Origin: Laetmonice hystrix
Lineage: Eukaryota
Direction of reading: 5' to 3'
Length of the DNA stretch: 64,000 bases
Assembly: GCA_965235115.1 (NCBI GenBank)
Contig: OZ249436.1
Coordinates: 434,001 to 498,000 of the forward strand
Shown in pieces: positions 53,701-64,000 of this stretch. The notes below the pieces were generated by a model, which had not been told where the DNA came from, made no database searches, and saw only the letters and a program-made list of their open reading frames with translations. The position numbers and the translations under genes were made by a program. Each line of letters opens with the position of its first letter. Position 1 is the stretch's first letter.

Positions 53701-56700
53701 TGTAAGCGTCCGACAACGTTGTCAGGTCTTCCCAATGATTGTTTGCCGTAAAGGTTTAGTTAACAATGGCAAATGACGTTGTACGCCTTTTCTATATCAG
53801 ATATCCTATCCCCAAGTAACAAAGAAAGAAAGAAAGAAAGAAAGAATACACAGAGATGTTGCACGCAGAAAACACCAGGGTGCAGCGCAGCTCCACTGAA
53901 GCGCGACGGCGGCGCTGACTGCACTGCCGCCTTCCGTCCGGCGGTGGAATCACCACGTACACCTGCCGGGCTGGCAGGCACCTGTGGCTCTTAGGCGAGA
54001 GACAGGTTAAAGCAATGATAAGCGAAAAATGGGGTAGTCAAATTGAAACTACGCACCCGAAAATTATTATTCTTAGGCCAGATGTATAACTGTCAAGCGT
54101 ATAGGTCTCGTACGTTCGCTACAGATATATGGTTGTGATGTGTACACTTCCCATTTGAGTATCTTCTCCAGATTTTAACATTAGATGCTCCTCGCCTGGA
54201 ACCTTTCATTGCCGCTACCTCACTGTAGTGTCTGTATGGCTACTATAGGCCAGCCGGTAAGATTTAGGGAATTCTCACTCTACATGTTGGCCTCCCAGAC
54301 AACTTGCCCCACAGTGTACTGTTTGGCCTCACTGTACACTTTGGCCTCACTGTAGTGTTCGCTTGGATGCTAGGCCAGCCAGTAATACCTTGTAGGGATT
54401 CCTGCCTGTACTGTTTGGCCTCCCTGTACCGTTTGCTTGTATGCAAGAGTTGCCAGTAGTATAGGGACGCCTCATGTTTCATGTTTCCATGCCTTTATTG
54501 TCCAGGAGGCAGGCCATACGTTTCGTCTATCATCTACTTCCATCTAATCTGTGTCCCCTACAGACCATCTGTAAGCGTCCGACAACGTTGTCAGGTCGTC
54601 CCAATGATTGTTTGCCGTAAAGGTTTAGTTAACAATGGCAAATGACGTTGTACGCCTTTTCTATATCAGATATCTCATCCCCAAGTACCAAAGAAAGAAA
54701 GAAAGAAAGAAAGAAAGAATACACAGAGATGTTGCACGCAGAAAACACCAGGGTGCAGCGCAGCTCCACTGAAGCGTGACGGCGGCGCTGACTGCACTGC
54801 CGCCTTCCGTCCGGCGGTGGAATCACCACGTACACCTGCCGGGCTGGCAGGCACCTGTGGCTCTTAGGCGAGAGACAGGTTAAAGCAACGATAAGCGAAA
54901 AATGGGGTAGTCAAATTGAAACTACGCACCCCAAAATTATTATTCTTAGGCCAGATGTATAACTGTCAAGCGCATAGGTCTCGTACGTTCGCTAGAGATA
55001 TATCGTTGTGATGTGTACAATTCCCATTTGAGTATCTTCTCCAGATTTTAACATTAGATGCTCCTCGCCAGTACCTTTCATTTCCACTACCTCAATGTAG
55101 TGTCTGCATGGCTACTATAGGCCAGCCGGTAAGATTTAGGGACTTCTCACTCTACTGGTGGCCTCCCACACTACTTGCCCTACAGTGTACTGTTTGGCCT
55201 AACTGTACACTTTGGCCTCACTGTAGTGTTCGCTTGGGTGCTAGGCCAGACAGTATACCTTGTAGGGATTCATGCCTGTACTGTTTGGCCTCCCTGTACC
55301 GTTTGCTTGTATACAAGAGTAGCCAGTAGTATAGGGACGCCTCATGTTTCCTGTTTCCATGCCTTTATTATCCAGGAGGCAGGCCATACGTTTCGTCTAT
55401 CATCTACTCCCATCTAATCTGTGTCCCCTACAGACCATCTGTAAGCGTCCGACAACGTTGTCAGGTCGTCCCAATGACTGTTTGCCGTAAGAGTTTAGTT
55501 AACAAGTGCAAATGACGTTGTACGCCTTTTCTATATCAGATATCCCATCCCCAAGTAACAAAGAAAGAAAGAATACACAGAGATGTTGCAGGCAGAAAAC
55601 ACCAGGGTGCAGCGCAGTTCCACTGAAGCGCGACGGCGGCGCTGAATGCACTGCCGCCTTCCGGCCAGAGGTGGAATCACCACGTACACCTGCCGGGCTG
55701 GCAGGCACCTGTGGCTCTTAGGCAGGAGACAGGTTAAAGCAATGATAAGCGAAAAATGGCTACATTTTTTGTACGTCAATTTGAAACTAGGCACCCCAAA
55801 ATTATTATTCTTTGGCCAGATGTATAACTGTCAAACGTATAGGTCTCGTACGTTCGCTACAGATATATGGTTGTGATGTGTATACTTCTCATTTGAGTAT
55901 CTTCTCCAGATTTTAACATTAGATGCTCCTGGCCTGGAACCTTTCATTGCCGCTACCTCACTGTAGTGTCTGCATGGCTACTATAGGCCAGCCGGTAAGA
56001 TTTAGGGACTTCTCACTCTACTGGTTGGCCTCCCAGACAACTTGCCCCACAGTGTACTGTTTGGCCTCACTGTACACTTTGGCCTCACTGTAGTGTTCGC
56101 TTGGATGCTAGGCCAGCCAGTAATATCTTGTAGGGATTCCTGCCTGTACTGTTTGGCCTCCCTGTACCGTTTGCTTGTATGCAAGAGTTGCCAGTAGTAT
56201 AGGGACGCCTCATGTTTCATGTTTCCATGCCTTTATTGTCCAGGAGGCAGGCCATACGTTTCGTCTATCATCTACTTCCATCTAATCTGTGTCCCCTACA
56301 GACCATCTGTAAGCGTCCGACAACGTTGTCAGGTCTTCCCAATGATTGTTTGCCGTAAAGGTTTAGTTAACAATGGCAAATGACGTTGTACGCCTTTTCT
56401 ATATCAGATATCCTATCCCCAAGTAACAAAGAAAGAAAGAAAGAAAGAAAGAATACACAGAGATGTTGCACGCAGAAAACACCAGGGTGCAGCGCAGCTC
56501 CACTGAAGCGCGACGGCGGCGCTGACTCCCCTGCCGCCTTCCGTCCGGCGGTGGAATCACCACGTACACCTGCCGGGCTGGCAGGCACCTGTGGCTCTTA
56601 GGCGAGAGACAGGTTAAAGCAATGATAAGCGAAAAAGGGGGTAGTCAAATTGAAACTACGCACCCGAAAATTATTATTCTTAGGCCAGATGTATAACTGT

Positions 56701-59700
56701 CAAGCGTATAGGTCTCGTACGTTCGCTACAGATATATGGTTGTGATGTGTACACTTCCCATTTGAGTATCTTCTCCAGATTTTAACATTAGATGCTCCTC
56801 GCCTGGAACCTTTCATTGCCGCTACCTCACTGTAGTGTCTGCATGGCTACTATAGGCCAGCCGGTAAGATCTAGGGACTTCTCACTCTACTGGTTGGCCT
56901 CCCAGACAACTTGCCCCACAGTGTACTGTTTGGCCTCACTGTACACTTTGGCCTCACTGTAGTGTTCGCTTGGATGCTAGGCCAGCCAGTAATACCTTGT
57001 AGGGATTCCTGCCTGTAGTGTTTGGCCTCCCTGTACCGTTTGCTTGTATGCAAGAGTTGCCAGTAGTATAGGGACGCCTCAAGTTTCATGTTTCCATGCC
57101 TTTATTATCCAGGAGGCAGGCCATACGTTTCGTCTATCATCTACTCCCATCTAATCTGTGTCCCCTACAGACCATCTGTAAGCGTCCGACAACTTTGTCA
57201 GGTCGTCCCAATGACTGTTTGCCGTGAGAGTTTAGTTAACAAGTGCAAATGACGTTGTACGCCTTTTCTATATCAGATATCCCATCCCCAAGTAACAAAG
57301 AAAGAAAGAATACACAGAGATGTTGCAGGCAGAAAACACCAGGGTGCAGCGCAGTTCCACTGAAGCGCGACGGCGGCGCTGAATGCACTGCCGCCTTCCG
57401 GCCAGAGGTGGAATCACCACGTACACCTGCCGGGCTGGCAGGCACCTGTGGCTCTTAGGCAGGAGACAGGTTAAAGCAATGATAAGCGAAAAATGGCTAC
57501 ATTTTTGGTACGTCAGATTGAAACTACGCACCCCAAAATTATTATTCTTTGGCCAGATGTTTAACTGTCAAACGTATAGGTCTCGTACGTTCGCTACTGA
57601 TATATGGTTGTGATGTGTACACTTCTCATTTGAGTATCTTCTCCAGATTTTAACATTAGATGCTCCTCGCCTGGAACCTTTCATTGCCGCTACCTCACTG
57701 TAGTGTCTGCATGGCTACTATACGCCAGCCGGTAAGATTTAGGGACTTCTCACTCTACTGGTTGTCCTCCCACACAACTTGCCCCACAGTGTACTATTTG
57801 GCCTCACTGTACACTTTGGCCTCACAGTAGTGTTCGCTTGGATGCTAGGCCAGCCAGTAATACCTTGTAGGGATTCCTGCTTGTACTGTTTGGCCTCCCT
57901 GTACCGTTTGCTTGTATACAAGAGTTGCCAGTAGTATAGGGACGCCTCATGTTTCCTGTTTCCATGCCTTTATTGTCCAGGAGGCAGGCCATACGTTTCG
58001 TCTATCATCTACTTCCATCTAATCTGTGTCCCCTACAGACCATCTGTAAGCGTCCGACAACGTTGTCAGGTCTTCCCAATGATTGTTTGCCGTAAAGGTT
58101 TAGTTAACAATGGCAAATGACGTTGTACGCCTTTTCTATATCAGATATCCTATCCCCAAGTAACAAAGAAAGAAAGAAAGAAAGAAAGAATACACAGAGA
58201 TGTTGCACGCAGAAAACACCAGGGTGCAGCGCAGCTCCACTGAAGCGCGACGGCGGCGCTGACTGCACTGCCGCCTTCCGTCCGGCGGTGGAATCACCAC
58301 GTACACCTGCCGGGCTGGCAGGCACCTGTGGCTCTTAGGCGAGAGACAGGTTAAAGCAATGATAAGCGAAAAATGGGGTAGTCAAATTGAAACTACGCAC
58401 CCGAAAATTATTATTCTTAGGCCAGATGTATAACTGTCAAGCGTATAGGTCTCGTACGTTCGCTACAGATATATGGTTGTGATGTGTACACTTCCCATTT
58501 GAGTATCTTCTCCAGATTTTAACATTAGATGCTCCTCGCCTGGAACCTTTCATTGCCGCTACCTCACTGTAGTGTCTGTATGGCTACTATAGGCCAGCCG
58601 GTAAGATTTAGGGAATTCTCACTCTACATGTTGGCCTCCCAGACAACTTGCTCCACAGTGTACTGTTTGGCCTCACTGTACACTTTGGCCTCACTGTAGT
58701 GTTCGCTTGGATGCTAGGCCAGCCAGTAATACCTTGTAGGGATTCCTGCCTGTACTGTTTGGCCTCCCTGTACCGTTTGCTTGTATGCAAGAGTTGCCAG
58801 TAGTATAGGGACGCCTCATGTTTCATGTTTCCATGCCTTTATTGTCCAGGAGGCAGGCCATACGTTTCGTCTATCATCTACTTCCATCTAATCTGTGTCC
58901 CCTACAGACCATCTGTAAGCGTCCGACAACGTTGTCAGGTCGTCCCAATGATTGTTTGCCGTAAAGGTTTAGTTAACAATGGCAAATGACGTTGTACGCC
59001 TTTTCTATATCAGATATCTCATCCCCAAGTACCAAAGAAAGAAAGAAAGAAAGAAAGAATACACAGAGATGTTGCACGCAGAAAACACCAGGGTGCAGCG
59101 CAGCTCCACTGAAGCGTGACGGCGGCGCTGACTGCACTGCCGCCTTCCGTCCGGCGGTGGAATCACCACGTACACCTGCCGGGCTGGCAGGCACCTGTGG
59201 CTCTTAGGCGAGAGACAGGTTAAAGCAACGATAAGCGAAAAATGGGGTAGTCAAATTGAAACTACGCACCCCAAAATTATTATTCTTAGGCCAGATGTAT
59301 AACTGTCAAGCGCATAGGTCTCGTACGTTCGCTAGAGATATATCGTTGTGATGTGTACAATTCCCATTTGAGTATCTTCTCCAGATTTTAACATTAGATG
59401 CTCCTCGCCAGTACCTTTCATTTCCACTACCTCAATGTAGTGTCTGCATGGCTACTATAGGCCAGCCGGTAAGATTTAGGGACTTCTCACTCTACTGGTG
59501 GCCTCCCACACTACTTGCCCTACAGTGTACTGTTTGGCCTAACTGTACACTTTGGCCTCACTGTAGTGTTCGCTTGGGTGCTAGGCCAGACAGTATACCT
59601 TGTAGGGATTCATGCCTGTACTGTTTGGCCTCCCTGTACCGTTTGCTTGTATACAAGAGTAGCCAGTAGTATAGGGACGCCTCATGTTTCCTGTTTCCAT

Positions 59701-62700
59701 GCCTTTATTATCCAGGAGGCAGGCCATACGTTTCGTCTATCATCTACTCCCATCTAATCTGTGTCCCCTACAGACCATCTGTAAGCGTCCGACAACGTTG
59801 TCAGGTCGTCCCAATGACTGTTTGCCGTAAGAGTTTAGTTAACAAGTGCAAATGACGTTGTACGCCTTTTCTATATCAGATATCCCATCCCCAAGTAACA
59901 AAGAAAGAAAGAATACACAGAGATGTTGCAGGCAGAAAACACCAGGGTGCAGCGCAGTTCCACTGAAGCGCGACGGCGGCGCTGAATGCACTGCCGCCTT
60001 CCGGCCAGAGGTGGAATCACCACGTACACCTGCCGGGCTGGCAGGCACCTGTGGCTCTTAGGCAGGAGACAGGTTAAAGCAATGATAAGCGAAAAATGGC
60101 TACATTTTTGGTACGTCAATTTGAAACTAGGCACCCCAAAATTATTATTCTTTGGCCAGATGTATAACTGTCAAACGTATAGGTCTCGTACGTTCGCTAC
60201 AGATATATGGTTGTGATGTGTATACTTCTCATTTGAGTATCTTCTCCAGATTTTAACATTAGATGCTCCTGGCCTGGAACCTTTCATTGCCGCTACCTCA
60301 CTGTAGTGTCTGCATGGCTACTATAGGCCAGCCGGTAAGATTTAGGGACTTCTCACTCTACTGGTTGGCCTCCCAGACAACTTGCCCCACAGTGTACTGT
60401 TTGGCCTCACTGTACACTTTGGCCTCACTGTAGTGTTCGCTTGGATGCTAGGCCAGCCAGTAATATCTTGTAGGGATTCCTGCCTGTACTGTTTGGCCTC
60501 CCTGTACCGTTTGCTTGTATGCAAGAGTTGCCAGTAGTATAGGGACGCCTCATGTTTCATGTTTCCATGCCTTTATTGTCCAGGAGGCAGGCCATACGTT
60601 TCGTCTATCATCTACTTCCATCTAATCTGTGTCCCCTACAGACCATCTGTAAGCGTCCGACAACGTTGTCAGGTCTTCCCAATGATTGTTTGCCGTAAAG
60701 GTTTAGTTAACAATGGCAAATGACGTTGTACGCCTTTTCTATATCAGATATCCTATCCCCAAGTAACAAAGAAAGAAAGAAAGAAAGAAAGAATACACAG
60801 AGATGTTGCACGCAGAAAACACCAGGGTGCAGCGCAGCTCCACTGAAGCGCGACGGCGGCGCTGACTCCCCTGCCGCCTTCCGTCCGGCGGTGGAATCAC
60901 CACGTACACCTGCCGGGCTGGCAGGCACCTGTGGCTCTTAGGCGAGAGACAGGTTAAAGCAATGATAAGCGAAAAAGGGGGTAGTCAAATTGAAACTACG
61001 CACCCGAAAATTATTATTCTTAGGCCAGATGTATAACTGTCAAGCGTATAGGTCTCGTACGTTCGCTACAGATATATGGTTGTGATGTGTACACTTCCCA
61101 TTTGAGTATCTTCTCCAGATTTTAACATTAGATGCTCCTCGCCTGGAACCTTTCATTGCCGCTACCTCACTGTAGTGTCTGCATGGCTACTATAGGCCAG
61201 CCGGTAAGATCTAGGGACTTCTCACTCTACTGGTTGGCCTCCCAGACAACTTGCCCCACAGTGTACTGTTTGGCCTCACTGTACACTTTGGCCTCACTGT
61301 AGTGTTCGCTTGGATGCTAGGCCAGCCAGTAATACCTTGTAGGGATTCCTGCCTGTAGTGTTTGGCCTCCCTGTACCGTTTGCTTGTATGCAAGAGTTGC
61401 CAGTAGTAAAGGGACGCCTCAAGTTTCATGTTTCCATGCCTTTATTGTCCAGGAGGCAGGCCATACGTTTCGTCTATCATCTACTTCCATCTAATCTGTG
61501 TCCCCTACAGACCATCTGTAAGCGTCCGACAACGTTGTCAGGTCGTCCCAATGATTGTTTGCCGTAAAGGTTTAGTTAACAATGGCAAATGACGTTGTAC
61601 GCCTTTTCTATATCAGATATCTCATCCCCAAGTACCAAAGAAAGAAAGAAAGAAAGAAAGAATACACAGAGATGTTGCACGCAGAAAACACCAGGGTGCA
61701 GCGCAGCTCCACTGAAGCGCGACGGCGGCGCTGACTGCACTGCCGCCTTCCGTCCGGCGGTGGAATCACCACGTACACCTGTCGGGCTGGCAGGCACCTG
61801 TGGCTCTTAGGCGAGAGACAGGTTAAAGCAATGATAAGCGAAAAATGGGGTAGTCAAATTGAAACTACGCACCCGAAAATTATTATTCTTAGGCCAGATG
61901 TATAACTGTCAAGCGTATAGGTCTCGTACGTTCGCTACAGATATATGGTTGTGATGTGTACACTTCCCATTTGAGTATCTTCTCCAGATTTTAACATTAG
62001 ATGCTCCTCGCCTGGAACCTTTCATTGCCGCTACCTCACTGTAGTGTCTGTATGGCTACTATAGGCCAGCCGGTAAGATTTAGGGACTTCTCACTCTACT
62101 GGTTGGCCTCCCAGACAACTTGCCCCACAGTGTACTGTTTGGCCTCACTGTACACTTTGGCCTCACTGTAGTGTTCGCTTGGATGCTAGGCCAGCCAGTA
62201 ATACCTTGTAGGGATTCCTGCCTGTACTGTTTGGCCTCCCTGTACCGTTTTCTTGTATGCAAGAGTTGCCAGTAGTATAGGGACGCCTCATGTTTCATGT
62301 TTCCATGCCTTTATTGTCCAGGAGGCAGGCCATACGTTTCGTCTATCATCTACTTCCATCTAATCTGTGTCCCCTACAGACCATCTGTAAGCGTCCGACA
62401 ACGTTGTCAGGTCGTCCCAATGATTGTTTGCCGTAAAGGTTTAGTTAACAATGGCAAATGACGTTGTACGCCTTTTCTATATCAGATATCTCATCCCCAA
62501 GTACCAAAGAAAGAAAGAAAGAAAGAAAGAATACACAGAGATGTTGCACGCAGAAAACACCAGGGTGCAGCGCAGCTCCACTGAAGCGTGACGGCGGCGC
62601 TGACTGCACTGCCGCCTTCCGTCCGGCGGTGGAATCACCACGTACACCTGCCGGGCTGGCAGGCACCTGTGGCTCTTAGGCGAGAGACAGGTTAAAGCAA

Positions 62701-64000
62701 CGATAAGCGAAAAATGGGGTCGTCAAATTGAAACTACGCACCCCAAAATTATTATTCTTAGGCCAGATGTATAACTGTCAAGCGCATAGGTCTCGTACGT
62801 TCGCTAGAGATATATGGTTGTGATGTGTACAATTCCCATTTGAGTATCTTCTCCAGATTTTAACATTAGATGCTCCTCGCCAGTACCTTTCATTTCCACT
62901 ACCTCAATGTAGTGTATGCATGGCTACTATAGGCCAGCCGGTAAGATTTAGGGACTTCTCACTCTACTGGTGGCCTCCCACACTACTTGCCCTACAGTGT
63001 ACTGTTTGGCCTAACTGTACACTTTGGCCTCACTGTAGTGTTCGCTTGGGTGCTAGGCCAGACAGTATACCTTGTAGGGATTCATGCCTGTACTGTTTGG
63101 CCTCCCTGTACCGTTTGCTTGTATACAAGAGTAGCCAGTAGTATAGGGACGCCTCATGTTTCCTGTTTCCATGCTTTTATTATCCAGGAGGCAGGCCATA
63201 CGTTTCGTCTATCATCTACTCCCATCTAATCTGTGTCCCCTACAGACCATCTGTAAGCGTCCGACAACGTTGTCAGGTCGTCCCAATGACTGTTTGCCGT
63301 AAGAGTTTAGTTAACAAGTGCAAATGACGTTGTACGCCTTTTCTATATCAGATATCCCATCCCCAAGTAACAAAGAAAGAAAGAATACACAGAGATGTTG
63401 CAGGCAGAAAACACCAGGGTGCAGCGCAGTTCCACTGAAGCGCGACGGCGGCGCTGAATGCACTGCCGCCTTCCGGCCAGAGGTGGAATCACCACGTACA
63501 CCTGCCGGGCTGGCAGGCACCTGTGGCTCTTAGGCAGGAGACAGGTTAAAGCAATGATAAGCGAAAAATGGCTACATTTTTGGTACGTCAGATTTAAACT
63601 ACGCACCCCAAAATTATTATTCTTTGGCCAGATGTATAACTGTCAAACGTATAGGTCTCGTACGTTCGCTACTGATATATGGTTGTGATGTGTACACTTC
63701 TCATTTGAGTATCTTCTCCAGATTTTAACATTAGATGCTCCTCGCCTGGAACCTTTCATTGCCGCTACCTCACTGTAGTGTCTGCATGGCTACTATACGC
63801 CAGCCGGTAAGATTTAGGGACTTCTCACTCTACTGGTTGTCCTCCCACACAACTTGCCCCACAGTGTACTATTTGGCCTCACTCTACACTTTGGCCTCAC
63901 TGTAGTGTTCGCTTGGATGCTAGGCCAGCCAGTAATACCTTGTAGGGATTCCTGCTTGTACTGTTTGGCCTCCCTGTACCGTTTGCTTGTATACAAGAGT

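Larger units (their letters stand above)
1..64000. repeat. Complex tandem satellite array, ~870-bp monomer, ~74.5 head-to-tail copies, running off both window edges
   Basis: The marker CCGGTAAGATTTAGGGAC recurs with TTAG at 211, 1080, 1956, 2824, 3689 ... 62080, ~62948, 63814 (75 copies, mean spacing ~860 bp). Copies differ only by scattered SNPs, microsatellite length and a few recurrent indels. No inversion or foreign insert was seen. Confidence 0.99.

Noticed and set aside
1..64000. CRISPR array or repeat-plus-variable-cassette system
   Set aside because: There are no unique spacers or cassettes; the entire unit is repeated, and no cas, integrase or other enzyme gene is present.

Overview
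The whole 64 kb window is one uninterrupted head-to-tail satellite array. It holds about 74.5 copies of a ~870-bp monomer (75 copies of a marker motif counted; spacings ~763-888 bp), all in the same orientation and nearly identical. I found no unique sequence, credible protein-coding gene, RNA gene or CRISPR array; the ORF track is the same few short chance frames repeated once per monomer. Each monomer contains a block of older diverged subrepeats, a near-invariant block with two palindromes, a variable (AAAG)3-9 microsatellite, and a GC-rich run of hairpins ending in a stem-loop followed by TAAA. That layout resembles a non-autonomous Helentron-type element (HINE/DINE-1-like), so the array may be a transposon-derived satellite of an animal genome; this is inference, not a database match. 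Diagnostic SNPs and indels (11-bp dimorphism; 18-, 74- and 84-bp deletions) show local 2-5-mer higher-order duplications, a distinct sub-domain at ~35-45 kb, and recombinant monomers.
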